NCBI GenBank assembly: GCA_964016885.1
Contig: OZ024741.1
Location: 277,512,001-277,576,000 of the forward strand
Length of the DNA stretch: 64,000 bases
Direction of reading: 5' to 3'
Source: Eledone cirrhosa
Taxonomy: Eukaryota
Of the stretch, positions 14,570 to 27,791 are shown piece by piece (positions within the stretch are counted from its first letter, which is position 1; the number at the start of each line of letters is the position of its first letter). A program made the translations under genes and the position numbers. The notes beneath the pieces are model-generated. The model saw only the letters and a list, made by a program, of their open reading frames with translations, made no database searches and was not told the origin of the DNA.

Positions 14570-14832
14570 ATCCGAATCATTTGGAGACGGTTGCTTCTGA
14601 CAGGACCCTCTGGAAAGCGTGTCTGAGCATTCTTCCCTTACGACCTTCGCAGAAAGAAGAAGAAGAAGAAGAAGAAGAAGAAGAAGAAGAAGAAGAAGAA
14701 GAAGAAGAAGAAGAAGAAGAAGAAGAAGAAGAAGAAGAAGAAGAAGAAGAAGAAGAAGAAGAAGAAGAAGAAGAAGAAGAAGAAGAAGAAGAAGAAGAAG
14801 AAGAAGAAGAAGAAGAAGAAGAAGAAGAAGAA
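14570..14832 (+). mobile_element. 3' end of RTE-clade LINE with (GAA)n tail
   Basis: Homologous to 18620-18860 (gagacggttg.ttctga.agga...gtgt.tga...tcttccc) and followed by a long (GAA)n. Confidence 0.7.
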
Positions 14833-15384
14833 TTATTTCTCTAAATTTTCTAAACCACAATGGTTTACAAAAGTATCAAGGAATATACACGACTTGTAAA
14901 AGACAAAATGGATGACAATAAATCAAACAACGTAAATTTCCCAACATTCTTAAAGTAGCCATAACACTGGCGTCATACCTCGAAACAAATGGCGATTAAA
15001 ATTCACTGAAGGGAAAAAAGGCTTCTGTGTATATATAATCTCAAATGTAAACAGGGTGACAGTCACATTTATTTGACTGTTGAATCATCATAGAGGCTTG
15101 TAGTCTTTGTTATTATTGTTGTAGTTAGCAATGTTGTTGTTTCATACTGGAGGTGGATTAGGCAAAGTCGCTAAAAGGGCGATTGAGGCGGTTAAAGAGT
15201 TGGTTTTACTGCAGTAAAACATTGCCTCAAAACGTACAACAGGATGTGTATGAATCTTGTCATGGAGCCCACAAGGCTAACCCCTGAAATGACCTTAAAA
15301 CGTTTGTTGTTGGTCTTCTTCATGTTATTGTTGTTGTAAACAGTAATATCTTGTGGTTTATATCTCGCTTAGACTGGTTATGAA

Positions 15385-15535
15385 GGCGGCGTATTGGCAG
15401 AGTCGTTAGAACGTCGGATAGAATGTTTTGCGGCATTCGTTCCAGCTATGCGCTCTTAGTTCAAATCCCGCCGAGGTCAACTTTACGTTTCATACTTCGA
15501 GGTCGATAAATAAAGTAGCAGTGAAATACTCGAGC
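15385..15535 (+). mobile_element. SINE family 1, diverged
   Basis: ggcggcgtattggcagagtcgttag...gttcaaatcccgccgaggtcaacttt...gtcgataaataaagta. Confidence 0.75.
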
Positions 15536-15562
15536 CGATTCTCCCTTTCTTTCTCATTCTCT

Positions 15563-15644
<82 letters not shown>

Positions 15645-15878
15645 CTCTCACTCTCTCTCTCTCTTTCTCTCTCTCGTTCCCTTTCTCCCTTTCTCTGGAA
15701 TAAATCAGTTGTATTCAGATATGGAGCGGCGCCCTACGACTCCATCCGGCGTAAAGTGTCCATGGAATGGCAATCTCTATAATGGAATACTCAACGTCTA
15801 CCCCTTTCTTTAACAAATTGGAGAATATATGTTACATATCGTAACGAGTGACCTTCTTTTAACAAAGCAATCCTTTGT

Positions 15879-15924
<46 letters not shown>

Positions 15925-16835
15925 GGTGGTGGTGGTGGTGGTGGTGGTGGTGGTGGTGGTGGTGGTGGTGGTGGTGGTGGTGGTGGTGGTGAGGATAATC
16001 ACTTTAAAATAAACAGTTTTGCACCGTATAACCAGGTGTGGTTACAGACGAGTTGATATGAAAATGGTTAATTGATATTTCCTTCCGCTTTTGAAAAAGA
16101 AATGCATTTTATTGAGCATATTTTTTAAAAAACATTTTCTTTTAATTTCACTTGATTCTCAATGGCGCCATTTCGACCAAGAGAGGACCACACAAAAAAA
16201 AAACAGAAGAAGAAACAAACAAACATTTCTACTGACGTGAAACTGGAAAACGAAATACGAACGAGTTAAATAGTTATCATTGAAGTAATGAAGTTACTTT
16301 GGGAATATGGTTTTCATAAGCGGTCTTTAATCATAAACATTAGAATGTTAGAATGTTAGAATGCTGACGTAATGGTTTAGTTCCTGGACCCCACGACGTG
16401 TTATCTTCTTGAACAAGGCGCTTCGTTTTATGCTGTTTTTCATGATAGGACTGGGGTCTCTTTCATTAAATCCCCCAAGGAACCTCCCATAAGGTGCAAC
16501 TTCGTGGGAGGTCAGCTAAACCTACATAGGTAAAAGCTGTAACAACAGCATGATAGTACTGAATCCCTTTTCATTTAAATCCCCAAGAAATCTCCTTCCC
16601 CAGAGATGCAGCTTCGTAGGAGAAATACAAAAGATAGTACTAATGGGAACTGCCCATATACTAAGGAAGATTCTGTCAATATAAGTACATCACAAGTCTA
16701 AACACTAAAGATGCATGTGTGAGTATGTATGTTCTTTCTTGAACATGGCGGACCTTGTTGTCTCTTGAGGTCACTGGTTGTGACTTGGTGATAACTCGTA
16801 TGAACATAAAGCAAGATAAATGCAACTGTAATAAT

Positions 16836-16882
<47 letters not shown>

Positions 16883-16919
16883 AAACAATAACAATAATAT
16901 TTGTTGCTATATTTTCCAG

Positions 16920-17285
16920 GTGTATCGGTGTCGGTGAGCTGTTTTACTCTTGTGGCCATATCGCTGGAAAGATACTTCGCCATTTGCAAACCACTTCATT
17001 CACGGTCATGGCAGACGTTATCTCACGCCTATTTAACGATCGCAATCTGTTGGGCCCTGGCTGGTGTTGTCACCATCCCTATTGGCACCTACACCAGACT
17101 GAGGTCGTATCCATCATTCAGCGTGTGCCGTGAGTCGTGGACCAGTAAACTGGCAGAGAAAATCTACACCATTAGTCTTGATAACATTCTCCTGCTCATC
17201 CCTATTGTCATAATGTCTGTGGCGTACGGTAAGATAGTGAAGAACCTATGGGAAGGAATACGGCTGGAGGCGCAAGTCGAACGAG
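16920..17285 (+). CDS. Internal exon of a cholecystokinin/gastrin/sulfakinin-type rhodopsin GPCR (TM3-ICL2-TM4-ECL2-TM5-start of ICL3)
   Basis: GVSVSVSCFTLVAISLERYFAICKPLHSRSWQTLSHAY...CRESW...LLLIPIVIMSVAYG closely resembles the CCK-receptor signature SVSVSTFNLVAISLERYGAICKPLQSRVWQTKSHA. Acceptor ttttccAG ends at 16919, donor GTGAGA starts at 17286, phase 1-1. Confidence 0.93.
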
Positions 17286-17762
17286 GTGAGACACATTCCT
17301 CAACTTCTTACTATTGTCGTTGTTGTGCTTATTGCTATATTTTGTTTGTTTGTTTTTATTCTTTTTTAAAACATCGGATTGAATGACTTTCTACTAATAG
17401 TGAATTCAAATTCCAGCCCAGGTCAACTATTCCTTTCATATTTTGGGGATCGATAAATAAAGTACCTGTCCAAGGACTGTGGATATGCAGAATTGTTAAA
17501 AAGTCAGGCAACGTGCTTTACAGTGTCTGATCCTTCTATTTACGTTCTGAATTCGGAGGCGACTAAAACTGACAGTTTTGGGAAGAAGGGCATCCGACAG
17601 TAAAACATTGCCTCCAAAAAGTACTTCATGATTAGCATGAGACATGTTATGGGGCCCACAAAGGATAACCCCTGCTTTAACAGGGAAATTACTTCATAAC
17701 GCTTGCTGGTGTTGTTGTTGTTGTAAAGAGTAAAATATATATCCGACTTACTGTGGATAAGA

Positions 17763-17925
17763 TGGCAGCGAATTGGCAGATTCGTTAGAATATCGGATAG
17801 GGTGTATGGCGGTATTCATTCCGGCTCTGTGTACTCAGAGTTTAAATCCCTCTGATGTCAAGTCAATTTTGCCTTTCATCATTTCAACGTCGATAAATGA
17901 AACACCACTCCAGTATTTGGGGTCT
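17763..17925 (+). mobile_element. SINE family 1, diverged
   Basis: tggcagcgaattggcagattcgttag...gagtttaaatccc...ttttgcctttcatc...gtcgataaa. Confidence 0.65.
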
Positions 17926-18314
17926 ATTCTTCTTCTATATCTCCTTCTCACTTCCTTTCTATCACTGGAATAAATCGGTTGCATTTAACCCTGGAGAGAT
18001 GACGGGCGACGCCAGGTCTAAAATGCCCAAGAAACACCGTATGTCACAATAGCGCCCCTACGACTCCACGGGGAGTGTGCCCACACTATATATAGAATGG
18101 GCAGACTCTAGCATTGCGTGTCATAAGACGTGATTAAAATCGGTGGTGCCACAGAAAGGACATCGCCTGAAAAAACATCCCATAATAAATTTGATTAAGC
18201 CTACAATGATTCCAGCAAGGTTAGTTCTTGCTTTAGTGGTGGGAGAACCCTTAAAATGCTGTCCGTTGTTGTTATAAATAGTAAACAATAATAAATAAAA
18301 TAAGTACAATAAAG

Positions 18315-18858
18315 TCACCGAAAGGATACGATCGCGAATACAAGCGGCCGAAATGGGGTTCCTCCGAAGGGTCTTTAGAGTGACGTTAGATAGAGAACAG
18401 AGAATTGCTAACATAGAGCCGCTACTTCTCTGAATTGAGAGATCACAGCTCCGATATTACAGACGTGATTAGAATGTCTCAGGAAAGAATATTTGAACAG
18501 ATTTTATGGGCAACCCCTCACATCACAACCACCACCCATTCACTCAGCAGGAGACCTAGGGGTAGACCACGAGCAAGATGGTTGGATAACATCCACGAGC
18601 TTGGCTGGTCTCGCTTGAGGATCCGACTGGCTCAATTAGAGACGGTTGTTTCTGAAAGGAACTGCTGAAAGGAGTGTTTGAAGATGCTTCCCCTATAACC
18701 CTCCCAAGAAGAAGAAGAAGAAGAAGAAGAAGAAGAAGAAGAAGAAGAAGAAGAAGAAGAAGAAGAAGAAGAAGAAGAAGAAGAAGAAGAAGAAGAAGAA
18801 GAAGAAGAAGAAGAAGAAGAAGAAGAAGAAGAAGAAGAAGAAGAAGAAGAAGAAGAAA
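18315..18858 (+). mobile_element. 5'-truncated RTE-clade LINE with (GAA)n tail
   Basis: Broken frames read TERIRSRIQAAEMGFLRRV, EPLLL.IERSQLR and RRPRGRPRARWLD, the typical RTE C-terminus. Confidence 0.85.
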
Positions 18859-19194
18859 GACAATGACTACCCAGGTACAGAAGATTAGCAGGTATATTGG
18901 TTTGTGGTATGAGGAAATCGAACTCTTCCTTGGAGAGTGACTATATAATCTAAGAACAAATATCGCCTTATATATATAATTATCATTGTCTGGAATCTAT
19001 TTGAAGAATATTTTAATTAGAAACTACACTCGCAGCGTCATTTGCATAAAAAAAAGTTTGAAAAAATGGCTTTCTTTATAAAAAAAATGTTCATCCATTT
19101 TGTTTTTTTTTTTAGTTGCTTTGTTGGTGGGTTTTTTCCGGCGTCTTTTATCTTTAACATTTTGTAAATAAACAAGAAATGAAATAATAACCAT

Positions 19195-19712
19195 TATATC
19201 TTCATCATCATCATCACATCTCTAATAATAATGATAATAATAATAATAATGTTGATGATGGTGGTGATGATGATGATGATGATGATGATGATTATAGCTA
19301 TAGAGACGATAATGATGTTTATGATGATGATGATTATTGTAGCTATAGAGACGATAATGATTTTAATGATGATGATGGTGATGATACAGCAATAATCAGT
19401 GTCTTCATTATAGCTATAATAATCATGTTCGTCATTATCATCATCATTGTCATCATCATTATCATCACAATAGCCATTGTATCATCACTATCACCACCAT
19501 AGCTATAATAATACACTCCGTCACCACCATCATCATCATTATCATCATCTTCATCTCTATAGCTATAATCATCATCCCCACCGTCATCATCATCATCATC
19601 ATCATCATCGTCATAGCTATAATAATAATAGTCAACATAGCAATAATAGGCATTACTGTGACTAATAGTCAGAACTATAAATATAACCATCATTTTGATG
19701 GCTATAATTATC

Positions 19713-19771
<59 letters not shown>

Positions 19772-19941
19772 CATCATCATCATCATCACCATCATCGTCG
19801 TCATCATCGTCATCATCATCATCATCATCATCCTCATCATCATCCTTATCATCATAATAATCATCATCATCATCATCATCATCATTAGCATTATCGCCAT
19901 CATCATCCTTATCATCATTATAATCATCATCATTATCATCA
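19195..19941. repeat. (ATC/GAT)n low-complexity tract
   Basis: Imperfect trinucleotide repeats in both orientations. Confidence 0.9.
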
Positions 19942-20272
19942 TCTGTGTTTATAGTGTTGATGGTATCAGAGCCTTGGGACATATGAGCTTGTTAGGAATA
20001 ATTTAATGTTGTCAGCAGGAATAGTCTTAATTCTCATTGGTCATCTACAAACTGACCAATGAGAATTAAGACTATTCCTGCTGACAACATGAAATTATTC
20101 CTAACAAGCTCATATGTCCCAAGGCTCTGATACCATCAACACTATAAACACAGAGCTGGCATATCTAAGAACTGACTAACTGCCTGATGAGGTCATAGCC
20201 ATTCAATGGCTATCATCGAAATATATATAGTAAATAAAGGATTATGAGTTCATGCAATTGACTTATGTTTCG

Positions 20273-20278
<6 letters not shown>
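19942..20278 (+). mobile_element. PLE-terminus-like insertion: 102-bp hairpin followed by a hammerhead
   Basis: 19942-20043 and 20053-20154 are reverse complements (1 mismatch, 9-nt loop). At 20181-20232: TGC-CTGATGA-ggtcATAGCCATtcaATGGCTATcatc-GAAA-TATATA-TA-GTA. Confidence 0.75.
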
Positions 20279-20315
<37 letters not shown>

Positions 20316-20374
20316 GGATTACATTGAGTTCTTCATACGGATTGGACACTACCGTACAATTTGGTAGATTTATC

Positions 20375-20430
<56 letters not shown>

Positions 20431-20452
20431 TGATATTAAATAAATGGAAACT

Positions 20453-20552
20453 ATATTTATAAAACCATATTTATTCTATTATATATATTTGAAGGGTACC
20501 AAAAATTTTGGTACGCTATCATCAGATAAAATACAAAATGTTTTATAAATAT
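20453..20552 (-). ncRNA. Type I hammerhead with long interrupted stem I; core mutated (GAAA to CAAA)
   Basis: Minus strand: ATATTTATAAAAC...TATTTTAT-CTGATGA-tagcGTACCAAAA..TTTTGGTACcctt-CAAA-TATATA-TA-ATAGAATA...GTTTTATAAATAT. Confidence 0.65.
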
Positions 20553-20665
20553 TTGACATGACCAAGGATGATATACCTTAATGGTTCAAGTTATCCCTAG
20601 AAGTTATCTCCAGAAATCTGTCGAGTGCTTTGAATCAGTTATAAACATCTAATTAAATATCTCTT

Positions 20666-20735
<70 letters not shown>

Positions 20736-22061
20736 GGGGGGGGGGTATATGTGCAAATCAGGCCGTTCAGTCACTGTATATTTCAGAAAATATCATATAT
20801 TTTCACTAGCTGTGACAGTTGGCAGGGTAGCAGTAAACTGCACTGATGAATGATAACCTCCCACTTGGTTGTAGCCAGAGAACTGCATGCGGTTGATGAA
20901 GGGCTACATATTCAAATTCAACGAGAAGATCTACACCAAAATGAGGGAGCAGCCATTGGCGTCAGCATAGCTGGTGACGTTGCCAACCTTTTTATGGTAT
21001 GGTGGGAAAGGAGACTCAAAAATCTCCTTGATGAGAACTCCATAGACCTCATCATGTACTCTCGTTACGTAGACGACATTAATATAGTAATAAGGACATC
21101 CGCACAAGAGAGCACTAACAAGTATGATTTAGAATGTAGCACAATGGAAAGCATCCAGCAGATAGCTAATTCCATACACCAAAGAGACAGAATCAGAGTA
21201 TACGAAGGAGATACGTAGAAGTATAAGACCCTCATAGAACTGGACATGAAAGGAATTTTCCCATTATACAGGAGCAAATCATGGAATAGCTTAGATAGGA
21301 CTAAACATAAGATAGGGAAAGCCACCTCATGGTACGACAACCAGAGATACCAAAGTGTCATGTTCGTGGACGCTACTCCTGGAGGGAAATTAGCTAACCA
21401 GTGTAGAAAGGGCCTGAGAAAGATCCACTTAAAGATTAAGGTGGTAGAAAATCCAGGAACTACCATAAAATCCCTGATCAGTAAAACCTACCCTTTTAAG
21501 AAAACCCATTGTACTAATAAGAAATTATTATATGTAAAGTAAACCCCCGAATAAACTGTAAAACTAGAAACGTAGTCTATAGCATAAGATATACAGAGGG
21601 TACTTGCAGAAACGTGACAACAAGATACATAGGCGAGACAGCTCGTAACATAGGTGAAAGGATAGACCAACACTGGGGGGAACTAAAAGGACGAAAAAAC
21701 GGTTCAGTACTATACGAACACGCCAGACAACAACATGACGGTAACATAGACAACATAGAAATTAAAATAATATATAAACATAGAAATGACCCAGCAGATA
21801 GGCAAATCAGAGAGGCAAGTGAAATAGAACTTAGAAGGCCAAAGCTAAACAGTAAAAATGAACAACACCCAAACAAACAATACTGACCTAAAATAAATAT
21901 AAATAAATGAATAAATATATACACAATAACAACAAACACATATAAACACACACTAGTAAACTAAGATAGAATACAATAACCAAAATACAGTCACCCAAAC
22001 GCGGACACACACCAAACACTATATACACACACAAACGCATGCGCAGAGAAGAAGACAAAAA

Positions 22062-22104
<43 letters not shown>

Positions 22105-22154
22105 ACAGATTAAATAAAGATGGCGTAGATATACAATACAACAGGGGGGACATA

Positions 22155-22208
22155 ATAGCACCACTGACGATGTTGCAGATGTGCAATGAAAGAACTTTGT
22201 TAGACTAT
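22155..22208 (+). ncRNA. Hammerhead-like motif in PLE terminal repeat (weak stem I)
   Basis: CA-CTGACGA-tGTTGCAgatgTGCAAT-GAAA-GAAC-TT-TG. A better copy lies on the minus strand at 30549-30602. Confidence 0.55.
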
Positions 22209-22211
22209 ATA

Positions 22212-22785
22212 CAGGGTGCGGACGATATTTGTTCGCAAGCTTACTGTCTAGGAAAAAGTAACACAGTAGTTTTATTTTTAAGATATATTTATTAAACTTG
22301 GGTCAGTTTGTCTTCATGACTTGTTCTTTCGATCTCACTCGATAAACCCGCCATTGGCTTTGATGACGGCCTCAAGGCGGCCTCGGAACCGGCTACAGGC
22401 CTTCGTCACTGTCCCCCGACTTAGGCCCCTAAAGGCACTTGTGATCCTTGCTTTCAGATCGTCTTTCGTATTGCAGCTAGATCTGTTGGTGTCTCATTCC
22501 ACTGCGCCCCACACAAAGAAGTCGAGGGGGTTGCAGTCAGGCGAGCTGAGAGGCCAGATGTCAGGTGAAGTGTGGTCGGCGAAGTTCTCTGACAGCCAGG
22601 CTTGGGTCTTTCGACTGGTAGGGCAGGGCGCTGAGTCTTGCTGCCACACGTACGGCCTACCTGCAGCTACCTGGTCGATCCAGGGCTTTACTACCTCGTT
22701 CAGAACGCGGATGTAGTCATCGGTGTTCAGCTTGAGGCCCTCGGGGAAGAAGTGAGGCGGCATGACGTCACCTTGACTGGTGGCG
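22212..22785 (-). mobile_element. Tc1/mariner DD37D (maT-type) transposon, 3' portion
   Basis: WQQDSAPCPTS...WPLSSPDCNPLDFFVWG has 37 residues between the two Asp; one in-frame stop. Terminus TA|CAGGGTG at 22210-22218. Confidence 0.88.
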
Positions 22786-23014
22786 TATATGTGTCTGTGT
22801 CTATACTATATCTGTATTTTTAACCGTTGGTCAGTCAATGGTAAACATTGAGGACCAAATGAATTAACTGATATAAAAGATACAGAAGCGAAAAACAACC
22901 AAACAGTGAGTGTGTTCTGTTATTAATTCTGGCAATATTATTACAACAATATGACCCTCCCCAAGCATAACAGTATTTGTTTCGACAGACGATTTCATAT
23001 CAAAAACCTCGCAA

Positions 23015-23093
<79 letters not shown>

Positions 23094-23094
23094 C

Positions 23095-23240
23095 CAGCAT
23101 AGTTACGTCCCTTGCCATTTTGAGTTCAAATCCCGCCGAGGCTGACTTTGCCTTTCATCCTTACGGGGTCGATAAAATAAAGTATCAGTAATACACTGAG
23201 TGATTGCTGGCCTTGTGCCTAAAGTAGAAACAATTATTAT
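23095..23240 (+). mobile_element. SINE family 1, 5'-truncated, (ATT)n tail
   Basis: gagttcaaatcccgccgagg...ggggtcgataaaataaagta...ggccttgtgcctaaagtagaaacaattatt. Confidence 0.85.
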
Positions 23241-23273
23241 TATTATTATTATTATTATATAAATATATATATT

Positions 23274-23348
<75 letters not shown>

Positions 23349-23850
23349 GAAGTGCGCTAGTATCCGAAGTGTACGATAAAGTTATATCTGTATACATAAA
23401 GAGACTGCTGCACCAATGTGTATATAAATATGCACATATTTAGTATTCACGCATATAAACATGCCAGAAAATACGAATTTCCCTGTAAATTGAAAAGAGG
23501 TTAATCATTTTTCGGATCTAGTTGCACACACATTAAAAGGCAATATATCATCAAAACGACCATAAAGAAACATGTATTTGATAGGCTTATAAGCGCATTC
23601 GCTCTTTGTAGTATTCTGGAATGGTCGTACTAATTTGCGTATAATTAGCGCCCGTGTTGGTAGTTACTTAAGATATATATTAATTGTAAGTCTTTATGAA
23701 ATATAATATATAAATACACTTATCATTAACTTTCTTTTGGTCTTGTATCCACCATAATAACGATTAATCAACATTTCCTATCATAAAATATTTGTAAAAT
23801 ACACCAAGATCTTATTGCTTTCTCAACCTTATCACCAATGTCACTTAGAG

Positions 23851-24069
23851 CAGACATATCAAACTGAGGGTCCCTCCATGGCCACATGGGTCACATATGT
23901 GTTGTCTGAGGACCACACACGACAACTAATTGCGCACAATACAACTAATTTTTTTTATTTTATATTACGAAGATAAAACATGTTCGCTCTGTAAAAACCT
24001 TTGTGCGGGCCGCAGGTGTGCTTGTAAAGGGACGCATGCGGCCCACGGGCCGCATGTTTGACATGCCTG
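23851..24069. mobile_element. 219-bp non-autonomous hAT (Charlie-like) MITE
   Basis: TIRs CAGACATATCAAAC / GTTTGACATGCCTG. 8-bp TSD ACTTAGAG (23843-23850) / ACTTAGAT (24070-24077). Paralogous empty site at 24390-24397. Confidence 0.85.
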
Positions 24070-24776
24070 ACTTAGATCATCTGTATCTGACCATTACCGT
24101 TTTCACTTCCCAATCATAAAAAAATGACATGTACCCTATTTTGATTTACACCCATCCTCACCCCTATTTGTACACGCTCTCACACGTTTACCTCCCACTC
24201 CAAATGTTCATGATTCTCACTTCGCATTTGTAATTATACCCCTAATCCCCCCACCACCCAGGTTTTTATAGTTTTTTCAACAATATAAGATATAAATACA
24301 CCTCTCCTATCATTAAAAACATTTCCTTATTTGTAAAATATACCAATATTTTATTGCTTTTCAACTTTATCACTTTAATCACCAATGTCACTTAGATCAT
24401 TTCTATCAGACCATCACAACTAATATTATTCTCACTCCATCTTCATTTCACTAGTCATCAAAAAATTGATAAAAAAAATTTATTTTTTAATTTTTATTAC
24501 ACCTTTTCATCTGTACATACACTCTTACACCGTTCTACTCCCAGACCCCGAGGCCCCGAGGCCCCCTATCTTCTTCTCCCTCTCTCTCTATATATATATG
24601 TAATATATGTATGTATATATATTCAACATAACACAACAGACTAGTTTGAAAATCGCACCGAATGCGATAAAGTTCCCAAACAGTTAACAAGGACTTACCA
24701 GAACTAATATCAACGACTTGCTGTAAAGATTGGAATTATTAAAGAACATCAACCACCAGTGAAGTCATTCTTCCTG

Positions 24777-24845
<69 letters not shown>

Positions 24846-24846
24846 A

Positions 24847-25270
24847 TGCATATCTACGGCTTCCTAAAACCGTGTTTCTTTAGAAATACGAAATTTCTAT
24901 ACATATTTGTATAAAGCTATGCGTGAAGCGAATCTTATTTCTTTTCTATTATAAGTTGAGCCAACTTATGCAGCTTTATACACAAATGGGATTAATCACC
25001 TCATTTACACAGACGAGAAAACTATATATTCTCGACTGTTTTCAAGTCCAGTAGTTGCAAGCCGTGGGAGGGACCGTCCTGATGAAGGTCAGTCAAGCCT
25101 GAAATGCATAGACGGTTGTCCCCCTTGTTTCTGCTGGACACCACCAGAGGGCGTAAGCCCCGGTGTTTGCATAGCTACGGCTCCCTAAAACCGTGTTTCT
25201 TTAGAAATATGAAATTTCTATACATATTTGTATAAAGTTATGCTTGAAGCGAAATCTCATTTCTATTCTA
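24847..25270 (+). mobile_element. Retrozyme-like non-coding element: ~1.3 copies of a 321-nt unit containing a hammerhead
   Basis: 24847-24949 recurs at 25168-25270 (period 321). (TA)n flanks. A second family member lies at 58925-59105 (-). Confidence 0.75.
25072..25117 (+). ncRNA. Minimal type I hammerhead ribozyme
   Basis: gACCGTC-CTGATGA-AGGTcagtcaaGCCT-GAAA-TGCA-TA-GACGGTt. Perfect core, palindromic TGCA, AUA triplet. Confidence 0.88.
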
Positions 25271-25282
25271 TATATATATATA

Positions 25283-26070
<788 letters not shown>

Positions 26071-26101
26071 ATATAACTGACTTTAGTAGAATCCTAAACT
26101 A

Positions 26102-26297
26102 TAATAATTGTTTGTACTTCTAGCACAAGGCCGACAATTACCCCAGTGCACTACAGGTACTTTATTTTATCGAACCCGTAAGGATGGTAGGCAAAGTTAA
26201 CTTCAGCGGGATTTTAGCTCAGAACGTAAAGGGCAATAACTAAATGCTGCAAAGCATGGTGTTTGACAATCTACCAATACTGCCAATCCACCACCCT
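26102..26297 (-). mobile_element. SINE family 1
   Basis: Same consensus as 2390-2582. Confidence 0.8.
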
Positions 26298-26370
26298 ATA
26301 AAAATCCCCAGAATTGTCCATGTGCTTGTCTCTTCCAAGATTTCTGTCTCCTTTATGTGTCCCACGTGTG

Positions 26371-26419
<49 letters not shown>

Positions 26420-26422
<3 letters not shown>

Positions 26423-26537
26423 TCTGGCCCGTCCGACTGGCGCTCGGCTAGGTATACCTGCCCCCACCACTCCACTGCAAAGATACCACACACCTTCCCG
26501 TGTCACATTGTCCTTCCGACTCTCTCTCTCTCTCTCT

Positions 26538-26571
<34 letters not shown>

Positions 26572-26737
26572 ATGTGTATATATTGAAGGGAGATACGCAA
26601 ATTAAAACAGTATTGTCATATAGAGAGTGAAGAGCGACAGAAAGAGTAAAGCAGATAAATTATAGAGAGGGGGAATGATCTTACATACATACATGCATAC
26701 ATACATACATACATACATACATACATACATACATACA

Positions 26738-26769
<32 letters not shown>

Positions 26770-27068
26770 AAGTATAGATATAAGTGTGTGTTTGTGTACG
26801 TGCATGTGTGTGTCTGTGTGTTTTGTTTTGATGTTATCCGGCAATTGGCGAAATCAGGTGTGAAAGTATGTGTGTGTGGTTGTGTGTGTGGGGGGGGTTA
26901 CTTATGCAAGCGACGACAGAAAAGTGTGTGGGATACATACATTATTATATGTCTGTATTTTCGTTCTGCAACCATTATATTATGATATTTGTATCCAAAT
27001 GATTTTAGATGTATGTATTACCTGCTTGCTCGTCCCTCTGTTTCTCTTTCCCTGTCTATCTCTCTCTC

Positions 27069-27141
<73 letters not shown>

Positions 27142-27721
27142 ATGTATGTGTGTGTGTGTGTGTTCGTGTGTGTGTGTGTGTGTATGTGTGTAGTTTTCCT
27201 AATCTGTCTCTTTCACTCTCTGTCTCTCTAAGAGGGTTGCCTTTTGATGTATTACCTGCTTGTGTATTGACCGAATTTGAAGGAGGTTATCCTTTTGAAA
27301 TATACCTACATACAAGTTAATATATGTATACAACAACTACAACGGTACGCGATGGGGCCCACCCACAGCCCCAGCGGACAGAATGGAGAAGGCGTTTCCT
27401 CGGAGGACGGCAAGGAAGACGCGCCGGAAAAGCCACTCCAACTCGCGGGGCTCACACCTGCAGCTGGCCAGCTCAGCGCCTATAGTGGTGAGTAAGGAGG
27501 TAGCCCTTGGGCCGAGGACAACAGAAGTCTCCATTGCCAGTGGTACGACCGCAAACCTGTCGGAGAGCGACCGGTATTTGAGGAGGTTGGCCCCCTCAGC
27601 CCGACATGCAGCAAAACCTGGGTATATATTGATATATTGAAAGTAGATACGGAAAGTAAAAGAGTGTTGTCATATAGAGAGTGAAGAGAGACAGAGAGTA
27701 AAGCAGTTAAATTATAGAGAA

Positions 27722-27791
<70 letters not shown>

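Larger units (their letters stand above)
20750..23020 (+). mobile_element. Decayed Penelope-like element of a second lineage (YVDD RT, His-containing GIY-YIG), interrupted by a mariner
   Basis: GAAIGVSIAGDVANLFM...YSRYVDDI; MFVDATPGGKLA; RYIGETARNIGERIDQH...YEHARQQH...RQIREA...LNSKNE. The terminal segment matches 30311-30947. Confidence 0.85.
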
